Source: a virus
Strand: one strand, 5' to 3'
IMG/VR virus record: IMGVR_UViG_3300025598_000024
Span: 32,001-96,000 of that record
DNA: 64,000 nucleotides
Shown: one piece after another, positions 1-9,177 of the stretch
Layout of the letters: the number at the start of each line of letters is the position of its first letter
Position numbering within the stretch: the first letter of the stretch is position 1
Notes under the pieces: model-generated
Databases searched by the model: none
Told to the model about the DNA's origin: nothing
What the model saw: the letters and a program-made list of their open reading frames with translations, nothing else
Translations under genes and position numbers: made by a program

Positions 1-411
1 TGTTATGCCAAAAACTCTTTTTAATCTGTTCGAATGCCCCTCAACAGATCTGCACTCTTTACAGTACCCAGATGGCTTGCCTTTCCTGTAATGAAATTTT
101 GATACTGGCAAATATTCCTGGCATTTAGTGCAAAAATATTTTCCTGGTGGCATTTCCACTGACAAACGAGGATCAGATTTTTTTCTTCTTGTTTCATTAG
201 AGCTATCCATTGTGGCTCTACGTATATCTTCTCTGCATTTTAAACAATATTTACTTTTGCTAGATGATGATTTTTCACCACAGGAATAGCATTTGTCGTT
301 ACCAAAAGGCCTATGTCCCCTAATGTATTCAGCATTACGATTAGCAGGACTACCGCCACACCCACATGCACAAATGTTTTTAAAACCCTTAGCCTTTTGT
401 GGTGTTGTCAT
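1..411 (-). CDS. Cys-rich putative Endo VII-type homing endonuclease (partial, runs off window edge)
   Basis: Manually translated; absent from ORF track. MTTPQKAKGFKNICACGCGG...CYSC..YCLKC..FCTKC..YCKEC..RLKRVFGIT. The K/R-x-F/YGIT segment typically precedes the Endo VII domain, as in 23285..23770. AT-rich. Confidence 0.65.
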   Translation of the reverse strand, partial: MTTPQKAKGFKNICACGCGGSPANRNAEYIRGHRPFGNDKCYSCGEKSSSSKSKYCLKCREDIRRATMDSSNETRRKKSDPRLSVEMPPGKYFCTKCQEYLPVSKFHYRKGKPSGYCKECRSVEGHSNRLKRVFGIT

Positions 412-1159
412 TCTCGCTCCATCGTTCGCAGATGCTCTTGGCAGGGCATACAGTGAACTCTTCAGTGGTCGGACCATTGCAGCAGCTCTTCAGCTCTGAC
501 GGATCATTGTTACGGATTGCTACCCGTACTCTGCTCCACTTATCATATAACTTATTTAGTTCATCAGGATCAGGCTGTACTTCTATCGCACGCAGCCTGT
601 GAGGATAACTCTTCTCTACAAACAGCAGAGCCATGCGCTCGGGTGCATCCGGGTGAACGTCCTGGTAAACGCGCAGCTGCATGCTGTAGGTGTGGCTGGC
701 TTCCAGTGGCAGCTTGTTGCAGGTCTTGATATCAACCAGGAATCTCTCACCATTAGGCATGGTCAGTTCCAGGATATCAATAGCTCCGGCAATCATCCGC
801 TCTTCGTCACGGATGCGCACCTCTACACTGTCCTCACTGGTGAACCCCAGGTGGATAAGCATGCTCTGCATCATGCTGTGCAGTGCGCTGCCAATCTGGA
901 AGGTCATCTGCAGGGTGGGGCTGATGCGTTCTTCCTTGTAGAAAGCCCTGAGCTCCGGGTGAAACTTATAGTACAGGTGCATCTCACCCTTGGTGATGTC
1001 TGTGCTGGGGTGATACATGTTATCGAACTTGCGTTCTTTGTTGTACACCCGGATAGGGTATTCTTCTGGCCAGTCGGCATGGATCAATGCCTCTTCGATG
1101 TATGGGGTGATGATCTCATTGCGCTGGTAGCTGGCCAGTGTTCTCTCAAGAAATGTCAT
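389..1159 (-). CDS. Cas4-like / PD-(D/E)XK exonuclease
   Basis: HPS, GSALH, AGAID..LVDIKT, QLRVY motifs and C-terminal Cys cluster. Start set at MTFLERT. Confidence 0.8.
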   Translation of the reverse strand: MTFLERTLASYQRNEIITPYIEEALIHADWPEEYPIRVYNKERKFDNMYHPSTDITKGEMHLYYKFHPELRAFYKEERISPTLQMTFQIGSALHSMMQSMLIHLGFTSEDSVEVRIRDEERMIAGAIDILELTMPNGERFLVDIKTCNKLPLEASHTYSMQLRVYQDVHPDAPERMALLFVEKSYPHRLRAIEVQPDPDELNKLYDKWSRVRVAIRNNDPSELKSCCNGPTTEEFTVCPAKSICERWSENDNTTKG

Positions 1160-1301
1160 TGAGTGCCCTGTCGAACATCTCCGCGATTTCTTCTTCAGAA
1201 GCCATTGGGCCATCCTCCAGAAGGTTCGTTGAGCCGAGCACAACGGGACGCATCTCGTTGGGGTTGTCTACTTCAAACTCTAGTTCAATTTTCTTTTCCA
1301 T
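1146..1301 (-). CDS. small acidic hypothetical protein (51 aa)
   Basis: Manual translation MEKKIELEFEVDNP...; AGGAGA RBS. Confidence 0.55.
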   Translation of the reverse strand: MEKKIELEFEVDNPNEMRPVVLGSTNLLEDGPMASEEEIAEMFDRALNDIS

Positions 1302-1309
1302 GTCTCTCC

Positions 1310-1462
1310 TTAAAGGTCCACTCGGCGTTCGATGGCTTCGATCTGTCGGTCTGACAGCATCTTGTTTCTCATAAGCTTTTCAATCTTCAGCTGCAGATCC
1401 TCTACCTTGCGCTCGAGAACCTCAATACGCTTTTCAAAGTACTGCGGTGTGCTCTGCATCAT
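1310..1462 (-). CDS. small coiled-coil hypothetical protein (50 aa)
   Basis: MMQSTPQYFEKRIEVLERKVEDLQLK...; ATGA overlap with upstream gene. Confidence 0.55.
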   Translation of the reverse strand: MMQSTPQYFEKRIEVLERKVEDLQLKIEKLMRNKMLSDRQIEAIERRVDL

Positions 1463-1872
1463 GCTTCTCCTTTTAATCTAAGATATTCATCGTAGAACTC
1501 CAGCCAGTCATTCAGCTGCATCACCACAAGGTCTTCAACAACCTCTAGGGATTCAGGGGTATGGACTCGTGTACCCCAGCTTTCTTCAACTTCTGTTTGA
1601 CCATACAAACGCACTGCCAGTATTGGCCTGGCGTTCCAGGATCTGTCCTGGGCATGCTGCTTGATGGTATCCCACACTTCTTTTGTGATGCTGTACGACT
1701 TCTTTTGTGTGCACTTGCATTCGATATCAAAGGTGATATTGTAAAGCTCAGCTGTCTTTACATCACCCTTCTCGTACTTGGCACCGCTAGCGATGGTACG
1801 TTTGCCCGCTGGCCAGAGATCTTCGATATCTTTCTCGTGCCTGTTGCTCATCCTGCGCTGGAATTCACCCAT
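1459..1872 (-). CDS. Holliday junction resolvase (Hjc-like PD-(D/E)XK)
   Basis: E..(I)...GKRTIASGA..KGDV...IECK.T.KKSYSI pattern. Confidence 0.7.
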   Translation of the reverse strand: MGEFQRRMSNRHEKDIEDLWPAGKRTIASGAKYEKGDVKTAELYNITFDIECKCTQKKSYSITKEVWDTIKQHAQDRSWNARPILAVRLYGQTEVEESWGTRVHTPESLEVVEDLVVMQLNDWLEFYDEYLRLKGEA

Positions 1873-2059
1873 CTAGCATCGACTCCACCCAGTTGAGCAG
1901 CTTGATGGCATCACAATCTCCCTCGTACGAACTGATCTCAACAGACTTCTTATCTCCCCTGCCCTTGATCTCAAACTTACGGCACACAGGACAAGAATTG
2001 TTGCCGGTATGACGCTTGCGGATTCTATCACGTTCAGCTTTTGTGATTGCCTTGACCAC
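1865..2059 (-). CDS. hypothetical protein (CxxC)
   Basis: ORF tiles with neighbours. Confidence 0.5.
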   Translation of the reverse strand: MVKAITKAERDRIRKRHTGNNSCPVCRKFEIKGRGDKKSVEISSYEGDCDAIKLLNWVESMLDG

Positions 2060-2062
2060 TCT

Positions 2063-2389
2063 TTATCCTTTGCTGTACTTCTCTCTGAACAAACACAGTG
2101 CAATGATGCTGTACACAGCCATATCCATTAGTGAATCCTCAACGCTCTCGTTCTTGAGAGAGTCAGGACCCTGACGTGCAGCCTTCTGCAGCCTGCGCAT
2201 CTTGTCATTGGCACGAACGGTAGCTCCAACCCAACCGTCAATGCCAAAGTCTTCGCTGGCTCTTACGTTAGCGAACGGGTCACCCTGTTCAACTCTGCCG
2301 TAGTCTGCCTGCTTCTTGTCATGCAGTGCAGTGATCTCATCGATCACCTTCTGGAACTCAGTCTTCCCAGAACGAGAGTTGGCTGCCAT
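2063..2389 (-). CDS. DUF1599 / nucleotide modification associated domain 1 (MazG-like helical)
   Basis: KKQADYG..DPFAN..R.NDKMRRL..ESVEDSLMDMAVYSII. Confidence 0.75.
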   Translation of the reverse strand: MAANSRSGKTEFQKVIDEITALHDKKQADYGRVEQGDPFANVRASEDFGIDGWVGATVRANDKMRRLQKAARQGPDSLKNESVEDSLMDMAVYSIIALCLFREKYSKG

Positions 2390-2561
2390 CTTGCTTCACC
2401 TTTCTAGTCAGTCCTTCAAGAGACCAAACAGGGTCTGCAATGATCTTGAGATTTTTGTTCTCATAGTCAACCATGAATGTCTTGTCAGCAATCCTGACAC
2501 CAGCCAGCTCATCCGGCCAGTCTTCGACACTGATGTTAATTTCTACGCCCTCTTCTTCCAC
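2358..2561 (-). CDS. hypothetical protein
   Basis: ORF track; tiling. Confidence 0.5.
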   Translation of the reverse strand: MEEEGVEINISVEDWPDELAGVRIADKTFMVDYENKNLKIIADPVWSLEGLTRKVKQDGSQLSFWED

Positions 2562-2563
2562 AA

Positions 2564-2668
2564 TTAATCCTTATCAATCTCTCCGCAATGCTTGCAGTGG
2601 TCTTCTCCAAGTATATACCGTTTTCCACAGGTTGCGCAACGGTATTCAACAGGATTTTCTTCTACCAT
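2564..2668 (-). CDS. tiny Zn-ribbon protein (34 aa)
   Basis: Manual: MVEENPVEYRCATCGKRYILGEDHCKHCGEIDKD. Confidence 0.45.
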   Translation of the reverse strand: MVEENPVEYRCATCGKRYILGEDHCKHCGEIDKD

Positions 2669-2799
2669 TCTACACCAAATATTTTCTTACCCAGGTTAAT
2701 GTATACACCACGAGATCCAAAGATAGTTCTGTCATTAATGAACTCAAGACCGAACATGTAGCTATCCCGTGTTTCTCTTAACAGATTGATGGTAATCAT
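2662..2799 (-). CDS. small hypothetical protein (45 aa)
   Basis: Manual: MITINLLRETRDSYMFGLEF...; ATGA overlap. Confidence 0.45.
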   Translation of the reverse strand: MITINLLRETRDSYMFGLEFINDRTIFGSRGVYINLGKKIFGVEW

Positions 2800-3095
2800 A
2801 GCACGTCCGTAACACAAATACCCGAAACATAGTTTACCAAGATCGGCTTGGGGATCGCTCTGCCTTGTGGGTCAGCTCGCAAGATGAACTCAGTCTTTCC
2901 ATGCATCTGCTTGCTCGTAGTCTGAACATGACCGTTGGAATACCGGTACCAGGTGACCAGCTTTCCTGCATGACAGGACCGGACTCCATCATTAACCACA
3001 CGTGCTGGTGAACTAGCGCCCACACTGGATGCTGACAATAACATAGCAATTACTGTAACAATAATCTTCTTCATGACATCATCTTTCTCTTCCAT
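2796..3095 (-). CDS. putative secreted protein
   Basis: MKKIIVTVIAMLLSASSVGA signal-peptide-like segment (true start probably this second Met). Confidence 0.55.
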   Translation of the reverse strand: MEEKDDVMKKIIVTVIAMLLSASSVGASSPARVVNDGVRSCHAGKLVTWYRYSNGHVQTTSKQMHGKTEFILRADPQGRAIPKPILVNYVSGICVTDVL

Positions 3096-3265
3096 ACTTC
3101 CAGGTCAAGTCCAACAAACAACAGGCCAATCTGCAGACCAAAATGCCTGCGGCTGATGTGCAACTTCGCACCGAGAGTCAATGAGGTTAAGCTAGCCCAG
3201 AAAGTAAAGTCACTTGACCACTTGTTGTGCTGTGTGTACTTGCCCCACTCTAGTGGCTTTGCCAT
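3071..3265 (-). CDS. hypothetical protein
   Basis: Start at MAKPLEW, right after recA stop. Confidence 0.45.
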   Translation of the reverse strand: MAKPLEWGKYTQHNKWSSDFTFWASLTSLTLGAKLHISRRHFGLQIGLLFVGLDLEVWKRKMMS

Positions 3266-3266
3266 A

Positions 3267-4382
3267 TCATACCTCCGGGTCGTGGATGTCATCCGTATCG
3301 GCTGTAAGCGGCCTGCCGAAGAAACTGTCTGCGGTATCCGCTTCAACAATAGTATTGCCACGCTTGGTAGCTGTAATGATCTCCGCTTCGAACTCTTCAG
3401 TGCGTCCGCTATTCCATACCAGCTCAAAGAAACTGTCACGGCCCTGAGCTCTCAGGTCTTTCCAGCTGAACCATGATCCCTGACGCTGAACAACTCCCAG
3501 CAGGATACCCATCCTGGCAAGATCTCTACGGGTATCAACGCCTGGGTGATCCAGGAAGACACATGGCTGGTTGTAGAAGTCTGTCCAGCCCTCACGGAAT
3601 GGTGGGCCGTAGCTGTTCTTCACAGTCTTCATCACAACAGGGAAACCAACCTGAGTGTTCTCACCGTTGATCTTGTCAAAGTACTTGTCACTGCCAGGGC
3701 GAAGGTAGATGCGCACACTCATGGCATGCTTGACAGCGTGACCACCAGGGGTCATGGGTCTGTTGTATCCATCCATGTCAGCACGCAACTGGTTAAGATA
3801 GAAACAGGTGACACCGTACAGGTTGGCCAGCGGAGCAACGGTCTGAACGTTACGCTTCATCACTGCAGCGTTGCCACCAACTCGGTCACCCTTATCGGTC
3901 AGCTGTTGCATGCTGTGCTTGGTGGCTGCTGCACCAGTGCTATCCCATACGATTGAACAGATCTCTTTGCTCTTGATCAGGCTAACCATCATGTCAGTTC
4001 CTGTCTCAGCATCCGGTGGCTGTACAACAATAATGTCCTTATCGATTCTCAGCCCCAGCTTCTCTGCCCACTCAGGGTTGAATCGGTGCTCAAGATCGAT
4101 ATAAGCTACCATCTTCTCTCCACCGTAGTAGTCGTAGCAGTCTTTAAGAGCCAAAAGCCCAAAGCTACTCTTGCCACTGTGCTCCTTGCCAAAGAACTCA
4201 ATAAGCTTCCCCTCTGGCCAGCCACCGATAGCCAGCAGGTGTGCCAGCGAAGGTGTAAAGCATGGGATGGCAGTGATTCGCTCCAGCTGATCACCGCGCA
4301 GAACCACTGGCTTGTTGCTGCCCTCAGGAGTGAACTTGTTCAGGTCCTTGATCAGCTTATCGATTGCTTCTTGCTTACCCAT
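3267..4382 (-). CDS. recA: RecA recombinase
   Basis: GGWPEG..IEFFGKEHSGKS Walker A, YIDLEH, IVWDS, NQLR, TPGGHAVK. Confidence 0.95.
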   Translation of the reverse strand: MGKQEAIDKLIKDLNKFTPEGSNKPVVLRGDQLERITAIPCFTPSLAHLLAIGGWPEGKLIEFFGKEHSGKSSFGLLALKDCYDYYGGEKMVAYIDLEHRFNPEWAEKLGLRIDKDIIVVQPPDAETGTDMMVSLIKSKEICSIVWDSTGAAATKHSMQQLTDKGDRVGGNAAVMKRNVQTVAPLANLYGVTCFYLNQLRADMDGYNRPMTPGGHAVKHAMSVRIYLRPGSDKYFDKINGENTQVGFPVVMKTVKNSYGPPFREGWTDFYNQPCVFLDHPGVDTRRDLARMGILLGVVQRQGSWFSWKDLRAQGRDSFFELVWNSGRTEEFEAEIITATKRGNTIVEADTADSFFGRPLTADTDDIHDPEV

Positions 4383-4494
4383 ATGTTTCCTCTAGTATGT
4401 CGATGATTATTTCTTCTACGGTATATCTACTATTTACTGCTTGCTTCTCCAGGCTGTTGTATAGATAGTCTGGAATGTCAATCGTTATTTCCAT
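4375..4494 (-). CDS. ribbon-helix-helix-like small DNA-binding protein (39 aa)
   Basis: Manual: MEITIDIPDYLYNSLEKQAVNSRYTVEEIIIDILEETYG. Confidence 0.5.
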   Translation of the reverse strand: MEITIDIPDYLYNSLEKQAVNSRYTVEEIIIDILEETYG

Positions 4495-4771
4495 AGTGCT
4501 CTTCCTCTGTAGCAAAACGGATACAGCACGCATCACAATCGTGATCCATTACAAAGTCACTGATCATTGCATAAGGGTCATCCGGATCAGGGTGCTTGAT
4601 CTCATGCGAGCATACTCTTGCCATGATCTTCTTGTCAAACATATAAAACTGTCTGAAGTTCCTCATGTGGTGAGGTGTGCGCCTGTGAATAGCACACACA
4701 GGTTCAGTGCATTGGAATGATGTGTGAGTATTGATACTCACTTGCGAGTGTTCTAGCTGTGCGTAGCTCAT
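4478..4771 (-). CDS. His/Cys-rich metal-binding hypothetical protein (paralog of 18558..18974)
   Basis: C..VCAIH...HHMR.F...RVCSH..HPDPD...HDCDACC. Confidence 0.65.
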   Translation of the reverse strand: MSYAQLEHSQVSINTHTSFQCTEPVCAIHRRTPHHMRNFRQFYMFDKKIMARVCSHEIKHPDPDDPYAMISDFVMDHDCDACCIRFATEEEHYGNND

Positions 4772-4905
4772 ACCTCTTCCTCCCATTGAGTAAAACGGTT
4801 TCTATTCTTGATACATCTGTGAGAGACCTCACTAGCAATAGCCGTGATCTCTTGCTCACACTTAGGGCACTTCCATGTCTTTGGGTTTACAACTTGCTTG
4901 GCCAT
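4768..4905 (-). CDS. small Zn-ribbon protein (45 aa)
   Basis: Manual: MAKQVVNPKTWKCPKCEQE...HRC. Confidence 0.5.
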   Translation of the reverse strand: MAKQVVNPKTWKCPKCEQEITAIASEVSHRCIKNRNRFTQWEEEV

Positions 4906-4906
4906 G

Positions 4907-7900
4907 TCATGCACTTTCCTTTAGTAGATCCAGTCTGAACAGCCCACGCATGCTCAGCCCTTCCTTGAGCTTTTCTACCTCTGCGATCACTGGCTTTCCA
5001 GTCTCAAGATCTTTCTTGATCCTCTTGTAGGCCTCAGGGAACACAACGATCTGTACGCTCTCATCCTTGCTGGAGCTATCGCCATCTTCATCAGCGAAGT
5101 AGTCATCCTCTTCCTGGTGTAGCGGCAACTCTACCCAGACCTGGCACATCTCTGCGCCAGGGTTCTTGCCCTTCTTGGTGATCAGCTTCTTGATCTTGAC
5201 CACGATACCGCCCAGCATAGCACGCTCGCCCTGGAACATCAGCTTCTCTCCGGGGTAGTTGTGTTCGTCCTCAATCACTGCGATGTAGTCAGCGAGCGGG
5301 TCAACACTGACCATAGTACCAAGCAGCTCTTGCTCATGGTATCCACGGTCTTCAATCTTTTCTTGGTAATACGCGTAGCAATCATAGGTACTGACGGTGC
5401 TGCCACAGTGCTGGCATCCTATATTGCACCAGAATTCAGGGTTCTTGATCTCTTTCCTGATCGTACAGAACTCTTTGAGAGCTGTAGCACTATCACCACA
5501 GATGCTGTCAAACACTCCGCACTTGATCATTGCTAGCACAGCTCGCTTGTTCACCTTGCGAGCTGGCACGCGGTCAAGGAAGTCCTGCATGCTGGTGTAC
5601 GGACCCAGGTTACGGATCTCTACCGATGCACTGGCAACGTACTTGACACTGCTCAGGCCGTAGCGGATGCTACCACTCTTGGTGAGAGTGAAGTTGTCAC
5701 CGCTTTCGTTGATGTCAGGACCAAGAACCTTGATGCCCATGCGTCGTGCCTCACGGGTGTATACAACGTTCTCTGCGGGGTTGGTACGGAACAGTGCAGT
5801 CATGTACTCACGGGGGTAGTAGTGCTTCATCCAGGCTGTCCAGTAGGACAACATGCTGTAGCCATAGCCGTGGCTCTTGTTGAATCCATACATACCGAAC
5901 GCTCGCATGTCATCAAAGATTGACTGTGCTGTCTTCTCTTCAATGCCACGCTCCACACACTTGGAGATGAACACTGCTGCTTCTTCCAACATGTCTTCGT
6001 AGTTGGACTTGGATACTGCCTTGCGAACACGGTCAGTCTCAGGGATGGTGTAACCCGCCAGGATATGACAGGTCTCCATGATCTGCTCCTGGTACACAAA
6101 GCTGCCGTAGCTCACACCCAGGATCTTCTCCAGCTCCGGGTGCTTGTAGGTGACCTTCCTACGCCCCTCACGCTTCTGCATGTACATCTCGAGCAGGTTA
6201 AGACCTGTCTCAGGATCGAACGCTCTGGTGATACCCGGACGGTAGATGGCAATCATGGTACACAGGTCTTCGATGCTACGCGGCTGGAACCTCTTGACCA
6301 ATGCACGCAGACTGGATGTTTCGATCTGGAAGCAGCCGATGTTGTGACCAGTACAGATGCTGTCCCATACCGCTGGGTCATCGTAGTACTTGGCCCAGTG
6401 CTTGTTCCATTCATAGAAGTGATCGAACGGCAGTACGCCACCATTGTTCTCTTGAATCAAGCGTAGTGTCTCCATGAGTGTACTAAGAGTGCGCAGGCCC
6501 AACAGATCGATCTTGACAAAGCCCAGCTCATCTACCTCGTTCATATCAAACTGAGTGCGCACATCGTTCTTGGCAAAGCGCAGTGGCATAGAACCAATAA
6601 GTGACTCTTTACTAAGAACAATGCCAGCTGCATGAGCGCTGGTGTGGCGCAGATGGTTGACAAACTCTGGCAGGTTCTCGAACAGATCTGGATACTTGTT
6701 CATCCATGGTGTGTACTCACGGCTGTACTGCTTTACTACCTGTTCCCAGGTTGCACCACGGTTCTTAATGTTCCAATCATCATCGATAATGTCACACATC
6801 TTTTGTGTGTCATCACGATCAATCGCCAGGCCACGACAGATATCCTTGATGGCTTGCTTTGGGCCAAGGGTGTTGATGGTACCAATGCTGGCGATGTTGT
6901 ACTTGCCGTACTTGTTCTCCAGATGCTCACGCACCAGGTGACGCTCGTTCTTTGGCATGTCGATGTCAATATCGGGCATGCTAACCCGTTCGGGGTTCAG
7001 GAACCTCTCGAACAATAGGTTAGCAGGGATGGGATCAACAGTAGTAATGTCAAGACAATAAGCTAGTAGGCTACCACCAACACTGCCACGGCTGGGTCCT
7101 ACCAGGAAGCCTTCCCGCTTGCTCCATGAAATAATATCCTGCACTGTTAAGAAGTAACCAGGGAATCCTCGTGTGATAATAACATCCAGCTCGTAGTCCA
7201 AACGGTCACGGTACTGCTGCAGCATGTCTTCTGGCACACTGCCAACGATCTTCTCCTGAAAGCCAGCCTCTACATACTCTCGCAGCTTGCGCTCGTCCAT
7301 CTCAGGAGTAGAGAAGAACACTGGCATCTTTCTGGCACCAGGGATTCTTGCGTCACACATCTGTGCAATCTCATTGGTCCTGTTGATGGCCTGATCGACC
7401 AACACCTCTGGCAGGTACTCCAGCCGTTGGCGTGTCTCATGCTCTGAGAAGATGCACAGCTGGTTGGGGCCATAGTGGAAGCGTGTGGGATCATGTACAG
7501 TCTTACCCATCTGCACAGCTGTCATAAGTTCGTGTGCGAACCACTGCTCAGGGCGTGCGTAGTGACTGTCACTCACCGCCAGCAGTGGAACACTGAAGTC
7601 AACCGCTGCCTCAGCAACACGACGATTCCATTCAGCACTATCAGGATCCATGTAGGTGTGCAGCTCCAGGTGGAAACGCTCACCAAAGATAGCTTGAAAC
7701 CTGCCAATACGCTCTACTGCCTTCTCGTATCTGCCATCGGTTTGCAGGTGCTTTCCAATACATCCACCCATGCAACCACCGGTGACGATCAAGCCCTCCT
7801 GGTAACGCTCAATAAGTTCCCAGTCAAACCTGGGGTTACCGTAGTAGGTACCCTCGAGGTATGCCATACTGCTGAGTGCCCACAGGTTACGCAAGCCGGT

Positions 7901-8188
7901 GTCGTTTAGAGCGATCACCGTCATGTGATCGTAGAGCTCACCCTTCTTGCCACTCTTATCAAAGCGATCATCGGTGAAGTAACCTTCCATACCAAAGATT
8001 GGCTTGATGCCAGCCTTGTCAGCGGCGTGCTGCAGGCGAAGGTGGCCACCGCATTCTCCGTGGTCAGTGATGGCTACTGCTTCTTGATCAAGCTCAACTA
8101 CTCTGGCAATGACCTGGTCTACTGTGCTGAGCCCGTCCAGGGCTGAGTGCTCACTGTGGGTGTGCAGATGCACGAGCGAGTCTGACAT
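4907..8188 (-). CDS. dnaE: DNA polymerase III alpha subunit
   Basis: PHP HLHTHSEHS.LDG, AITDHG, DSHY; GPSRGS, FERFLNPER..MPDIDID, KIDLLGL, YGFNKSH. Confidence 0.97.
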   Translation of the reverse strand: MSDSLVHLHTHSEHSALDGLSTVDQVIARVVELDQEAVAITDHGECGGHLRLQHAADKAGIKPIFGMEGYFTDDRFDKSGKKGELYDHMTVIALNDTGLRNLWALSSMAYLEGTYYGNPRFDWELIERYQEGLIVTGGCMGGCIGKHLQTDGRYEKAVERIGRFQAIFGERFHLELHTYMDPDSAEWNRRVAEAAVDFSVPLLAVSDSHYARPEQWFAHELMTAVQMGKTVHDPTRFHYGPNQLCIFSEHETRQRLEYLPEVLVDQAINRTNEIAQMCDARIPGARKMPVFFSTPEMDERKLREYVEAGFQEKIVGSVPEDMLQQYRDRLDYELDVIITRGFPGYFLTVQDIISWSKREGFLVGPSRGSVGGSLLAYCLDITTVDPIPANLLFERFLNPERVSMPDIDIDMPKNERHLVREHLENKYGKYNIASIGTINTLGPKQAIKDICRGLAIDRDDTQKMCDIIDDDWNIKNRGATWEQVVKQYSREYTPWMNKYPDLFENLPEFVNHLRHTSAHAAGIVLSKESLIGSMPLRFAKNDVRTQFDMNEVDELGFVKIDLLGLRTLSTLMETLRLIQENNGGVLPFDHFYEWNKHWAKYYDDPAVWDSICTGHNIGCFQIETSSLRALVKRFQPRSIEDLCTMIAIYRPGITRAFDPETGLNLLEMYMQKREGRRKVTYKHPELEKILGVSYGSFVYQEQIMETCHILAGYTIPETDRVRKAVSKSNYEDMLEEAAVFISKCVERGIEEKTAQSIFDDMRAFGMYGFNKSHGYGYSMLSYWTAWMKHYYPREYMTALFRTNPAENVVYTREARRMGIKVLGPDINESGDNFTLTKSGSIRYGLSSVKYVASASVEIRNLGPYTSMQDFLDRVPARKVNKRAVLAMIKCGVFDSICGDSATALKEFCTIRKEIKNPEFWCNIGCQHCGSTVSTYDCYAYYQEKIEDRGYHEQELLGTMVSVDPLADYIAVIEDEHNYPGEKLMFQGERAMLGGIVVKIKKLITKKGKNPGAEMCQVWVELPLHQEEDDYFADEDGDSSSKDESVQIVVFPEAYKRIKKDLETGKPVIAEVEKLKEGLSMRGLFRLDLLKESA

Positions 8189-8239
8189 GTTGCTCCGTTC
8201 ATACTTACTTGTGGTTTACTAAACAGCATATCAACTAAA

Positions 8240-8310
8240 GGGTGGGTCAGTGGTAGCCAGCACCATTACTGGTTCAAAGTAACTGGCTACCACTGACGGA
8301 TAACCCACCC
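8240..8310 (-). terminator. long multi-stem hairpin between ssb-like gene and dnaE
   Basis: Perfect 15-bp IR gtcagtggtagccag (8246-8260)/ctggctaccactgac (8283-8297), with outer and inner stems; followed by TTT on minus strand. Confidence 0.55.
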
Positions 8311-8314
8311 AGTT

Positions 8315-9121
8315 CTACCTGTTGGCCATCTTTCGTGCAAGACGCTCAGCAGTAGTTTCCTCATCGATAGTAGCGTAGTCGTCGTCAGCGTACTCTTCAT
8401 CGTCAGAGATAGAAGCAGCCGTACTGGCAGTCTCCTTCTCCTTAACAATGCCGTGCAGCTGTGCGTCGTAATACTCTTGGCTACCAATGCGGTTCAGGAA
8501 CCCCTCAACGTCAGGGGCAAACTTGGCATAACGTTCAGCCATTCCTTCAATCGGCTTTTCCTGCATGGCAATAGCCATGTAGGTGGTGTCGGTGCCAGCA
8601 CCGGTACGCATGATCTCGATCTCACGATCAGCAAGACTACCGAACTTCTCATTGATCACTGCGATCTGGTTCCAGAAGTTGCGCATGCCCTGGCTGACAA
8701 TGCCGACCCAAGGCTTGCGCTTGGTAACAGTCTTGCCATCGACAACTGCTTCGTAGGTGCTGGTCACGTCACGGTATCCGGTGAGCTTGCGCTGACCGTC
8801 AACCTCTTCGTAGACCTCTTCACGCAGCACGGCAACGCCGTACCCCATGTCACGCTTGTATGCCTTGGCTGCACACAGCTCGCAGCTGGCATCGAATGCG
8901 CTACGGCAAACGAACGTCTTGTTCTTGCCATCAACTGCCTTGACATTCTCGTGCACTGGCACAACAAAGATGTCGTTGGCATCAGTCAGGAAGCGGAGAG
9001 CCTTAGTCTCTCCGGCTCGCCAGTAGAACCAGTTGGTTTCGGTGTATGTCTTCGGCCCGCTGCTCCGCTGTGAACGCTCAATGCTTTCACGAACAGCTGC
9101 CATGCCCTTTTTCAGTGCCAT
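8315..9121 (-). CDS. single-stranded DNA-binding protein (phage gp32-like)
   Basis: K.LRFL, H..C..CELC Zn motif, I.R.G.GTDTTY, acidic tail; replication-block position. Confidence 0.7.
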   Translation of the reverse strand: MALKKGMAAVRESIERSQRSSGPKTYTETNWFYWRAGETKALRFLTDANDIFVVPVHENVKAVDGKNKTFVCRSAFDASCELCAAKAYKRDMGYGVAVLREEVYEEVDGQRKLTGYRDVTSTYEAVVDGKTVTKRKPWVGIVSQGMRNFWNQIAVINEKFGSLADREIEIMRTGAGTDTTYMAIAMQEKPIEGMAERYAKFAPDVEGFLNRIGSQEYYDAQLHGIVKEKETASTAASISDDEEYADDDYATIDEETTAERLARKMANR

Positions 9122-9177
9122 TGTTTTGGTTTCCTTGTGTTGTAGGTGTGTTTTGGTTTGGCGGTTACTGCTCTACC

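Noticed and set aside
389-1159. CRISPR-Cas system
   Set aside because: Solo Cas4-like gene; no repeat-spacer array or other cas genes seen.
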